Origin: Mytilus californianus
Taxonomy: Eukaryota
Direction: 5' to 3'
DNA: 64,000 nucleotides
NCBI RefSeq assembly: GCF_021869535.1
Contig: NW_026262581.1
Location: 105,462,001 to 105,526,000, forward strand
Positions 54,221 to 64,000 of the stretch are shown here, one piece after another. The notes under the pieces are model-generated. The model was not told the origin of the DNA. It saw only the letters and a list, made by a program, of their open reading frames with translations, and did no database searches. The position numbers and the translations under genes are program-made. The first letter of the stretch is position 1. Every line of letters starts with the position of its first letter.

Positions 54221-55400
54221 TTAGCTTTTAATTTATCATTTAAACGAACGTATCCCAATGTTTTGGAGTTTTAACAACAAGGCTTCATGCACTACAGAAT
54301 CAAATGCTTTCCTAAAATCTACAAAATATGTATATAAATAAGTTTTGTTTGCGATAGAATTTTCGGCTTGCCATATTAGTGAGTACTTTTTAATTTACAC
54401 AAAACAAAACTAACTTAATGACATCTTTTATTGACTGATTTTTCCAAAGACCTATGAAACTAATAGTCAGCAAAAATTCTCTATCAGTCAAGGTTACTAA
54501 GTTAGATGGTCAATTGAAAGGTATATACTATTAATGAAATACATATATAAATCTTTCCAATAACTAATCGTTACATAGTTAAGTGCTTTCGGCCAATTAA
54601 ATTGTATTATTTTCATGATCTTTATAGTGAAGATGTTTATAAAGCAGGGTTTGTCCTATTGTTTACTTTCAGTTCAAATAAAAACATATTTAAAGTAGTT
54701 TCAACTGCTTCGCATTGACATGATTTCTGATTGAAATTGATTAGATATTGAAGTTGGAAATAAACAGAAAATCCAGATAGGTTGATTTGGAATTAATACT
54801 AATATCAAGTAAAGATTATGCAAAGCACAAACTGAATCATTTTTCATGCTTATCATAAAATATGTATATAGATTCTACCACACCATTCCTTTGATTACGA
54901 TATTTATTCACTCGAGGTAGTTACATTTTTAAACTAAAAAAAAATCGAGGCTCGTCGAGCATGTTATTTTTTTAATTGAACTATCGAGAGTAAATAAATA
55001 CTGTAGTCAACCTGGTGAGGTAATATAATATGTTTATCTGACGATTAAATGGAAAATTTTCAAATGGATATGGCAGTAAATAACAGAAGACAAATTTTAA
55101 TAACGTCTGAAATAAAGTTAAAAAAACAATTATGTATTTGATTTCATTTATAACTGGCTCTAAAATGAATTCCTGGCTCCCCTCATGACATCTGATAAAT
55201 CATTTGGTGAAACAAAAGAAAAGATAACTTCCTGTAACGGCCCCTGATATGAAACCCCATAGAAAAACAAGAGTGCACACGCTGAAATGTCTCGCCTTCT
55301 TTACTAATCATTGATATTATGTTGATAGTCCTAAATATAAAGCTTTATTACAACTGTCACATAAACTTAACATTAACCAAGTAAACTAAACATTGACCAA

Positions 55401-56310
55401 TGAACCATGAAAATGAGGTCAAGGTCAGATGAACCATGCTAGGCAGGCATGTACAGCTAACAATTCTTCCATACAACAAATATAGTTGACCTATTGCTTA
55501 TAGTTTAAGAAAAACAGACGAAACACAAAAACTTAACACTGAGCAATGAACCTTGAAAATGAGGTCAAGGTCAAATAAAACCTGCGTGACTGACATATAG
55601 ATCATAAAATATTTCCATACACCAAATATAGTTGAACTATTGCATATAGAATTAGAAAAAAAGACCAAAACTCAAAAACTTAACTTTGACCACTGAACCA
55701 TGAAAATGAGGTCAAGGTAAGATGACCCCTGCCAGCTAGACATGTACACCTTACAATCATTCCATACACCAAATATAGCTGACCTATTGCATGCAGTATT
55801 AGAAAAAAAGACCAAAACTCAAAAACTTAACTTTGACCACTGAACCATGAAAATGAGGTCAAGGTCAGATGACACCTGCCAGCTAGACATGTACACCTTA
55901 CAATCATTCCATACACCAAATATAGTAGACCTATTGCATACAGTATAAGAAAAACAGACCAAAACACAAAAACTTAACTATAACCACTGAACCATGAAAA
56001 TGAGGTCAAGGTCAGATGACACCTGCCAGTTGGACATGTACACCTTACATTCCTTCCATACACCGAATATACTAGACCTATTGCTTATAGTATCTGAGAT
56101 ATGGACTTGACCACGAAAACTTAACCTTGTTCACTGATCCATGAAATGAGGTCGAGGTCAAGTGAAAACTGTCTGACGGGCATGAGGACCTTGCAAGGTA
56201 CGCACATACCAAATATAGTTATCTTATTACTTATAATAAGAGAGAATTTAACATTACAAAAAATCTGAACTTTTTTTTCAAGTAGTCACTGAACCATGAA
56301 AATGAGGTCA
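55401..56310 (+). repeat. ~147-bp satellite-like tandem array (7 cores) inside the HINE
   Basis: The motif tgaaccatgaaaatgaggtcaaggtca recurs at ~55401, 55547, 55694, 55841, 55988, 56135 and 56290. Confidence 0.92.
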
Positions 56311-56427
56311 AGGACATTGGACATGTGACTGATGGAAACTTCGTAACATGAGGCATCCATATACAAAGTATGAAGCATCCAGGTCTTCCATCTTCTAAAA
56401 TTTAAAGCTTTTAAGAAGTTAGCTAAC

Positions 56428-56466
56428 GCCGCCGCCGCCGCCGTAGCCGCCGCCGCCGCCGCCGCC
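56428..56466. repeat. (GCC)5-GTA-(GCC)7 microsatellite, part of the HINE
   Basis: Read directly from the sequence. It explains the poly-Ala and poly-Arg short minus-strand ORFs. Confidence 0.95.
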
Positions 56467-56663
56467 GGACCGCTATCCCTATGTCGAGCTTTCTGCGACA
56501 AAAGTTGCAAGCTCGACAAAAATGAAAGAAAACAAATAGAAATAAACATACTCTGCACTGCACAAGAACACCAATTGTCCTTTTTTTATTAATCAATTGA
56601 ATGAAGATTTTCTTTGACAATGTAAATGTTTATTGAAGAAAATATTCATATCATATCTTCCAG

Positions 56664-59600
56664 GAGTTAAATAACTTTACGATGATCGAGGTAGCAGGAA
56701 AAGAAAATGCCACAACGACTACCAATAATAAAATGAGGGCAATAGAAGACGACAAAAATACATGCATTTCACAAATTGAAGATTTGCGAGAAGAGCAAGG
56801 ACTGTTACGAACAAAAATAGAAAGAAAACAGGAAAAGATCATTCAGTTACAAAAAGATTTTGATGAAATGAAATTGGACAACAAAAGGATTTCAGAAGAA
56901 GAACAAGAAATAAAACATCATGTTGAAAAGCTAGAATCAGAAATACTAGTTTTTACTAATAATTTATCTCAAGTAAGTGAGAACACAGATGTCGTATTGA
57001 GTCAGTTTCATGAATTAAGAGTACATATTGAAAACGAAAGTAAAATACACGATAGACAACATGACAACAAATATAGCAAGGAGTTTATTAATGATACTCA
57101 AACATTAGACACTGGAATGATGGAAGAGACGAATAACGGTATTCATCATATTAACAAAGAAAAAGTAAAAGGAGAAAAGTGTCACAATGCACAAGAAGAT
57201 GTTAGAAAATATGATGAACAGCAAAAGAGTGCATATCAAGAATTAGATAACAGAATCAAAGAGTCTAATGAATTGTTAAAAAATTATCACGAATTTGATA
57301 AAACGCTTCACGCTACAAATCATCAACATTTAATTGAGATAAAGCAAACCATTGAGAATATAGGAACACACAATGAAAAACATCGAGAACCGGAGCAAAA
57401 TAGTCAAGAAAACAATCAAAGCGCTGGAGAAAAGAATACACTTATTTATGAAATGAAAACACAATTTATTGAATTAAAAGAATTTATAGAAAACGACATG
57501 ATTGTAAAACACAAACAATACAAAGATACTACCAACTTTCATGAAAGTAGTTTTGCAGAAGTAAAATTTTCTTCTGCAAAAAATGTTGATGATGATAGAA
57601 ACTATCATGACCAACAACGGAACGAACTGCGACAACTGCGACAGGCAGTAGAGGGCAGCATTAAAATTCATGAAGCAGAGGGAGAGAATAACAGAAAAGC
57701 TCATGATATCCAACTTAAAGAGTTCCATGAGTTAAAGAATATAGTAGAAATTAGAATGAAAGATATTCAAAGTCGTCACACAGAAGAAGAGGGAGATGAT
57801 CACTACGTTCTCAAATACATTAATCACATCAAAGAACACATGAACGTGTTTGAACAGACACTTAAAGATGATAGAATATCACATGAGTGTCAGACTCAAG
57901 AATTTAGAGAATTACGACAACTGCTGGAGAATGATAGACGTGTAAATAAGGAGTTAGTTGAAGAGAAAGAAAAACATAACGGCGAATGGAAAGACGAAAT
58001 GAAAGCAATTAAGACAGCTATAGAAAGTGATATCAAAATGCATGAAGAACATAGCAAATTGTTCGGTCAATACCAGAAAAGCCAAGAACAAGAATTCCAT
58101 GAACTCAAGAAAGCAGTAGTAAATTCTCAGGCAAACAAAGTTCACAAGGACGCCCAACCAGGAGAACATACCGATAGATTTGTCAATACCTACAGTCAGG
58201 TAGATCAGTTGAAACAATTTTTGTCAAATAATAGCGAATCCCAAAACAAACAAATAGAGGACTTAAAAGTTCTCAAACAAACAATAGAAATTGATATGAA
58301 GCTAAGGGAAGAACAAAGGGAGAATGACAGAAAAGCTCTTAATGAAAATATGAATGAGATAAAACATAAGCTTGGATCTATCTTAGTAGCCTGTGATAAA
58401 CAGCACGTGGCACCTACCATTGAACAAAGTAATGAAAGGCGGGACAACCTTGACAATGGAAATCAAGGGGAGGTTATAACTTATCATTTTAATATAATAA
58501 AAAATATGATTGAAAAAGATATGCTTCTCCAAGATAATAGAAGAGAGGCTGAAAGAATACACAACAAAAAACAGCAAATGGAAACACAAAAGTTGATTAC
58601 AATATTAGAAAATGACAGAGAGTTAAGAGCAGAACAACGTCAAGATTTCTTAAATCTAAAGGAAAAACTTGACAGTAATAGAAAATTTCAAGAAAACCAG
58701 GTGGAGGTTCAGGAATCATATCATAATAATTTGAAAGAGTTAGAAAAAACTTTTGAACGTTATACGTCATTACAAGTCAAAACAAGCAGTCCAGACGACT
58801 CAAAACAACAAGGTTATATTTCCAATACTATTCCTAATAGCATGAACAGCCATTTTGAGGATCTGAATCAAAGTAGTGAACGTAGAATAATACTTCAAGA
58901 CGAACAACTGCGTGATGGAAACATGATTCAAGAACAACTACAAAACACATTACAGAAGTTGAATGGTAATATAGGTGATAATATTAAACATCTGAAAGAT
59001 ATGAATGACAGACAAGAAATCTTGCATGGAATAGAACTTAATGAATTTATAGAAATAAAACAAAAAATTGATGCTAGCAACAAATATCAAGAAACACAAA
59101 AACAATCGGTACAAGAAATGATAGGAAAAATGGAAAATGGAAACAAGCAACTACAAAAGACGTTGCTGGTTGATAGAAATTTCTACGAAGAACAACGAGA
59201 GAATGATCGAAAATACTATACAGAATTACGACAGAGTGAAACAAGAATTACTGGAAATCTGTATGAAGATTATAGTCGCTCACAACAAGAACTGAAAAAC
59301 GTCAGTATGGAACTACATACTGAAACTAAAAAATGCTTAACAGGTAGAATTACAGCAGTACTTGATGTGTGTCAAGAAACATCTGAAATAGTAAAAAGTC
59401 TAGACAAGAGACCTCTTGCTGCTATTAAGCAAACTGCAGACAGTGCACCAGTTGTACACGATTACGTCGAAAGAATAGACAACCATTTTTATGAATTGAA
59501 ACATACAATGGACAAAGACAGAAAACGACAAGAAAAACAACATGATGAAAAATTGAAATTGAAATCGGAGCAAAGAGAACACAAGAAGAAAATCAAAGAA

Positions 59601-60620
59601 AAACATAGAGAGGAAGATAAAAAATCCCAAGAGGAGTTAAGAAAACAGGAAAACCAACTAAGGGAAAACCAAATTGAAGAGATGCAAATATTGAGATTAA
59701 CTGTTGAAAATGACAAAAGAATTCAAGGTAAACAGCAAGAGGAAACCACAAGGTTAATAAAGAAAAACAACAAGGATATATTGGATTTGAAACAAGCGAT
59801 CGATGATGAAAGACAGCTACGAGAAAGGCATAGACGGGAGACGAGGCTGAGTAAAGATGAAAGTAAACAAAATGATACAAAATGGATAGAAAAATTATGT
59901 GATGATACTTACATAATGAAAACCCAGTTTCAAGAACTGAATGAAGTTTTTACAAGAGATCGAAAGCTTTATGAAAGACAGAGAGAAGAAGATATATTGT
60001 ATCGCGTAGAGCAAAGAGATCATCAGAAAACTATCCATGAAAAACAACGAGAAGAATTTCAGTTATTAAAGGAAGAACTAGCAAAAGGCAGAAAATATCA
60101 GGAAAATCAGCGCGAGGACATTGCAAAAATGAGAACAAGATTTGAAGAACTAAAACAAACCATTGACTGGGATAGAAATTTCCAGGATAAACAAAAGGAT
60201 AACGAAAGGAAAAATCTGGACGAACAACGGCAGATTGACAGGAGACTTTATTACCAACAAAAAGAACAGTTTCAAGAATTAATGAAAAGTGTTGAGAATG
60301 ATAGAAAAATAAATAAAGAAAATGTGCAAGAAATGAATGGCAACATAAGCCAAATAATAAAAGCTGTCAAAAAGCCCAAATCCTTGTCTAAACCCGAAAA
60401 GAAAAGTATGGTTGCGGAAAAGGAATTCAGGGTAAAGAAGCGAAAGACGACTGAAAAGGTCTTTCTTCAAAGGCGTAAAGGTATAGAAATTGTAGTCCTG
60501 CCAAAAATTCCGTCAAACATTACCAGCAGAGCACGCGAAGACTTGCACAAAGAAAAAACAAAGAAAAAAACAACGAAAACAACCAAGAAGAAAAAGAAGA
60601 AAAAGAAATTAATTTTATGA
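56664..60620 (+). CDS. Exon B: E/K/Q/N/D-rich coiled-coil region (1,318 aa) with Lys-rich C-terminus; probable last coding exon
   Basis: Track ORF 56682..60620 extends six codons upstream to the acceptor. It has a helical charged composition with very little Pro or Gly, recurring F-x-E-L-K-x-x-I-E-x-D-R-like motifs, and ends TKKKKKKKKLIL*. No specific gene recognised. Confidence 0.85.
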   Translation, partial: ELNNFTMIEVAGKENATTTTNNKMRAIEDDKNTCISQIEDLREEQGLLRTKIERKQEKIIQLQKDFDEMKLDNKRISEEEQEIKHHVEKLESEILVFTNNLSQVSENTDVVLSQFHELRVHIENESKIHDRQHDNKYSKEFINDTQTLDTGMMEETNNGIHHINKEKVKGEKCHNAQEDVRKYDEQQKSAYQELDNRIKESNELLKNYHEFDKTLHATNHQHLIEIKQTIENIGTHNEKHREPEQNSQENNQSAGEKNTLIYEMKTQFIELKEFIENDMIVKHKQYKDTTNFHESSFAEVKFSSAKNVDDDRNYHDQQRNELRQLRQAVEGSIKIHEAEGENNRKAHDIQLKEFHELKNIVEIRMKDIQSRHTEEEGDDHYVLKYINHIKEHMNVFEQTLKDDRISHECQTQEFRELRQLLENDRRVNKELVEEKEKHNGEWKDEMKAIKTAIESDIKMHEEHSKLFGQYQKSQEQEFHELKKAVVNSQANKVHKDAQPGEHTDRFVNTYSQVDQLKQFLSNNSESQNKQIEDLKVLKQTIEIDMKLREEQRENDRKALNENMNEIKHKLGSILVACDKQHVAPTIEQSNERRDNLDNGNQGEVITYHFNIIKNMIEKDMLLQDNRREAERIHNKKQQMETQKLITILENDRELRAEQRQDFLNLKEKLDSNRKFQENQVEVQESYHNNLKELEKTFERYTSLQVKTSSPDDSKQQGYISNTIPNSMNSHFEDLNQSSERRIILQDEQLRDGNMIQEQLQNTLQKLNGNIGDNIKHLKDMNDRQEILHGIELNEFIEIKQKIDASNKYQETQKQSVQEMIGKMENGNKQLQKTLLVDRNFYEEQRENDRKYYTELRQSETRITGNLYEDYSRSQQELKNVSMELHTETKKCLTGRITAVLDVCQETSEIVKSLDKRPLAAIKQTADSAPVVHDYVERIDNHFYELKHTMDKDRKRQEKQHDEKLKLKSEQREHKKKIKEKHREEDKKSQEELRKQENQLRENQIEEMQILRLTVENDKRIQGKQQEETTRLIKKNNKDILDLKQAIDDERQLRERHRRETRLSKDESKQNDTKWIEKLCDDTYIMKTQFQELNEVFTRDRKLYERQREEDILYRVEQRDHQKTIHEKQREEFQLLKEELAKGRKYQENQREDIAKMRTRFEELKQTIDWDRNFQDKQKDNERKNLDEQRQIDRRLYYQQKEQFQELMKSVENDRKINKENVQEMNGNISQIIKAVKKPKSLSKPEKKSMVAEKEFRVKKRKTTEKVFLQRRKGIEIVVLPKIPSNITSRAREDLHKEKTKKKTTKTTKKKKKKKKLIL

Positions 60621-60860
60621 TAATTTAGCCATGTACTAATAGTAAAATGGGACTAATAACATTTGTTTCATATGTTGATTCATGTACATGTAGATATATG
60701 CGCTTGATTTGAAATTATTGTGAAGTCTTTGGTAATATTTGATTTATATATACTATTATTATTCCAAAACATATGATTTATATTTACGTAATTAAACAGA
60801 TTTTAAATAGTGACTCGTGAATATAAAATCTTCAAATAATAGAATAACGGGTCTTTTTGA

Positions 60861-61070
60861 TCAAGAGAGGCGAAAGATATTAAAAGGGGTATGTAAACTC
60901 ATAAGTCGAAAACAAACTGACAATGCCATGGCAAAAATCGAAAAACGACGAAAAAACTAACAACAGTACACAAAACACAACATAGAAAACTAAAGACTGA
61001 GCAACACGAACCCCACCAAAACACGGGGTGATCTCAGGTGCTCCGGAAAGGTAAGCAGATCCTACTCCAC
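60861..61070 (+). mobile_element. Family A copy downstream of exon B
   Basis: Aligns over ~200 bp with 1016-1220. Confidence 0.75.
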
Positions 61071-61289
61071 AACTATTTAAAAATGTATTTGAAAGTTGGT
61101 TCAATTTCTAAAATCGTCATTGGTATAAACTCAAGGTTAAAAATACTATTTCGTAACATACAAACTATTGATACTTTAATTGAAAGTATTGGTCGTCGTT
61201 GTTTCGTTATATGGAAGTTGTAATGTTTTAGTGTCAACATATTCTATTTCCAGTTGAATAATATACACAATTAGACATTAACATATTAA

Positions 61290-62516
61290 TACAACTGAAT
61301 AATTTATAGGATCCGGAAACAAGCTGTTAACCTATACTAATCCGTTTCCTAATACAGATAAGAACATTTCATATGAAAAAATCATATACATCAGAAATAC
61401 AATAGTAAAGTGCATGTTTCTGAACGGACACAAGTACATGTATTCTATATATAAATAAGCACTGTAGACCTGTTGAAAAAGATGTTTGTAATCATATGAC
61501 AAATATTTTGCTACTGAGTATGAATGTGTGAACTGCCAAGAATATTTCGATGTTTTGTTCCTAGCTGAGTTCCGTTAAACCGTATAGCAAAATTTCGTCT
61601 GACAAGAAATGCTTTATTCTGATGTTATAAAAGTGCTGTTCACGCATGATGCGAAATCGGGGGCAGTGCAACAAGTAATGTGCTGTGGTTTCTATAGCAC
61701 CACATAAACAAAACGGAGAGGCCACTATATTTTTACAAAAAGATGCTGATTTAGAGAGCTGCATTGCATACGAAGTCTTGCGTGATAAATTTGACCTAAT
61801 CGCTTACCAATGTAATAATAATATGGGGGTTTTGTTACCCGAGACTGGACACAACTCCTGAAAGCTTCCACTGAAGAACTATTTTTAACACTCTTAGGGA
61901 GAAGATTCCATGAACATACAGTTGCAGGTAAACAATAATTCGAATAAAGGGCTGTTCTTGTTCGAACATGGGGGATCAGTAAAGAGTTTCTCGTATTATG
62001 ATTATGTATAGTTGCATGGGATTCTGGAACTAAGTTTTTCATCTTGGAGAAATAAATTAATCTATGGGCCTCCCTTCGATCTTTAAGCTTTTCCCAACCT
62101 GTTTCGAGATATTATATCTCTAAAGAAACCAGCCTAGTACCCCAAGTTACGATCCTGGCAGCCTCTGTTTGTACTTTTTCAATCTTATCAATCAAAAGAT
62201 GTGTGTTGTTGTCCCAGATAACATCAGTATATTCTAAAAATGGTCTTATATATGTTAAGTACATTGTCTCTAGTGCTCGTCTGTCTACGATGAATTTAAA
62301 TTTTCGTAGAACATTCAGTCGTTTGTAAGCCTTTTCGGTTATTACATCAATATGTTTGTTCCATGTGCCATCATTTGAAATTTGTAATCCAAGGTGTTTA
62401 TGAGTGGATAACTCAGTTACAGTTAAGTTGTCCATGTTAAGTTTTGGATGATCAGGTTTGTGAAGTTTCCGTGAAATTGTCATGGTCAGGGTTTTCTGCG
62501 GGTTAAAGGTCACTAG
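61290..62516 (-). mobile_element. CR1/L2-type LINE, 3' part (post-catalytic RT region, Cys/His C-terminus, 3' UTR), pseudogenised
   Basis: The minus-strand translation reads LVTFNPQKT..HKHLGLQISNDGTWNKHI..YIRPFLEYTDVIWDN..IEKVQTEAARIV..(one TAA)YLETGWEKLKDRREAHRL..RLRMQCSSLNQHLF, then a frameshift, then CKNIVASPFCLCGAIETTAHYLLHCPRF. The 3' UTR boundary is approximate. Confidence 0.9.
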
Positions 62517-62920
62517 GTGACTGATGCTATAGTACGTGCTATAACAGACGAACTTATTGTATTGACAAGGCAGATAAAAATATTCCCATCCGAATTATTA
62601 AAGTCAGAAAAGATAAACCACCATGGCTTACCGCTGATATCAAAAGGATGATTCGTAAAAAAAAATCGTATCCATAGAAGAGCCAAAAGAACCAATTCCG
62701 CTCTGGACTGGAGAAAATTTCGATTAATTAGGAATAAATGTAATAAACTAGTTTTAAACTCAAAAACTGATTATTTTTCAAAATTGTTTTACCAAAATCA
62801 TATCTGAAACTCATGGTGGTAAACAATATTGGAGTCTTATTAAATCTTTAATGAAATGTGACTCCGGTGACAGTCGCAACATTTCCCCTTAAAGATAGGC
62901 GACGACCTGATGTGTGAAGA
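62517..62920 (+). mobile_element. CR1/L2-type LINE endonuclease-RT linker fragment, opposite orientation to the adjacent 3' part
   Basis: The plus-strand translation, with frameshifts, reads ADKNIPIRIIKVRKDKPPWLTADIKRMIRKK/NRIHRRAKRTNSALDWRKFRLIRNKCNKLV..KQYWSLIKSL. This is the typical PW..I..RKRNR..AK..W..FR..RN linker. Confidence 0.8.
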
Positions 62921-64000
62921 CACAATATGTTTTTTTCAATTTTTTCCGCTGTTTAATAATACACAGGATTTTTTTCACAGATTTGAGGTGAATTTTATTT
63001 ACATGTATATTCTTTCACGATCATTTGTCTCGATATACTGAATGATGAACGAGATCAATAAAACAATCCCTGTTGTCCTTGACATAACCATTCTAAGTGT
63101 ACTTATATGTGGTAGTTATTTAACACACTTCCTCCTTACGATCCCTTAACCCTATCCTTTTCCTTCGGAGCGGCCATTCCTTAATGGTGATATTAATTTA
63201 TTAATTAATCAATGAGAACAATCAATGTCTTTAATGAAAAAATCTATGTAAGCTTAATATTTATACTATACATGTTCACGACCAGATATGATTCACCACA
63301 TGACGCAAAGATTTATCCTGAAAATGTTGCAATTGGAAGATTAAAAGTACTATAGTACTTTAATTAAAAGGGGACTTATTAATTTGATCTTAAAATATAA
63401 TTTAAAAACCTATCTTTTCTTAAAAGCACGAAAACGAGTAATTATTACAGAAAAAGTTGTGTTAACATTTAAAGCGACATTAGCTACGAGTTTTACAGTA
63501 TAATTTGAAAATAATTAAAGAATATTTCTAATTGTTTCAAACATTTACAAGAACGCAATATTGTATAAAAATTCGCTTTTAACAGTCGGTTTAATTTGAA
63601 AATAGTAAGCTGACACAAATCAGTGAAATTTATTGACTTGCAAAACAATAACTCGAGCTCCTTTGCATCGGTGCGCATGCGACCTTTGCTTGACCATTGT
63701 TGTAGAATGCTTCTACATGTGCTCAACATATTAAGTTGTTGAAAAAAAAAATGACAGCTGATAAAATGAATCAATGGAAGTGATTTTGTTGACTAATTCA
63801 GCCTTCAAAATCATTTTATACAGGATACAGGTAAAATGAGGATGTACCTAATTATTCTATTGGTGGCCATGGATTTTACAGTAACTGTCCTTCATCTCAA
63901 TATTATTTGAAAAGAACTGAAATATGAATATAAATTATTCAACAATATGTCAATAATCCTAGAAAGAAGTTTGCCTACTTTACCCCTTATTTGTATCCTC

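Larger units (their letters stand above)
55266..56522 (+). mobile_element. Non-autonomous Helentron/HINE-type (pearl/DTC84-like) element with internal tandem repeats
   Basis: The layout is a 5' aacaagagtgcacacgctgaaatgtctcgcc, seven ~147-bp cores, a (GCC)n microsatellite, then a terminal hairpin tgtcgagctt-tc-tgcgac-aaaa-gttgca-agctcgaca (56482-56518). Both ends sit in A-runs. This matches the described bivalve HINE architecture. Confidence 0.8.
51008..56663 (+). other. Predicted phase-0 GT-AG intron (5,656 nt) joining exon A to exon B
   Basis: It starts GTAAAC after ...ATA GAG and ends atcatatcttccAG before GAG TTA AAT AAC TTT ACG ATG. Both junctions fall on codon boundaries of the two long ORFs. 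An in-frame TAA lies just after the donor (51020) and an in-frame TGA just before the acceptor (56634). The interior is AT-rich and full of transposons. Confidence 0.75.

Noticed and set aside
56286-56620. Minus-strand ORFs with poly-Ala / poly-Arg
   Set aside because: They are translations of the HINE (GCC)n microsatellite.
57474-60470. Hydrophobic minus-strand ORFs opposite exon B
   Set aside because: They are antisense artefacts of an A-rich coding strand.
63466-63490. ttaaagcgacattagc as a TTAA-type transposon end
   Set aside because: No matching inverted end was found within the window.

Overview
AT-rich, intron-containing animal genomic DNA. The interspersed repeat families look bivalve, probably Mytilus-like; that is recalled from memory, not from a database search. 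The window is dominated by what appears to be one giant + strand gene. Exon A is a stop-free ~28.4-kb coding exon (22599/22628-51007) built from 39 near-full 705-bp (235-aa) Ser/Thr-rich tandem units plus a deleted 40th. It ends at an AG|GTAAAC donor in phase 0. A 5,656-nt intron follows, then a phase-0 acceptor (tcttccag|GAG) opens exon B (56664-60620), a 1,318-aa charged coiled-coil region with a cryptic repeat and a poly-Lys tail. The spliced product is predicted at >=~10,780 aa. The array has higher-order structure: a 2-unit block about x4, a 3-unit block copied 11 units away, a 4-unit block x2, and diverged edges. The rest is transposon-rich: a HINE/Helentron-type element carrying a 147-bp satellite, a PIF/Harbinger MITE with TTA TSD, CR1/L2-type LINE fragments (one with a head-to-head inversion), tRNA-derived SINE remnants, two dispersed short families, and a decayed local repeat that conserves a 37-nt ATG-to-donor cassette. 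No rRNA, intact tRNA or CRISPR was seen. The antisense ORFs in the array and most short ORFs in the track are artefacts.
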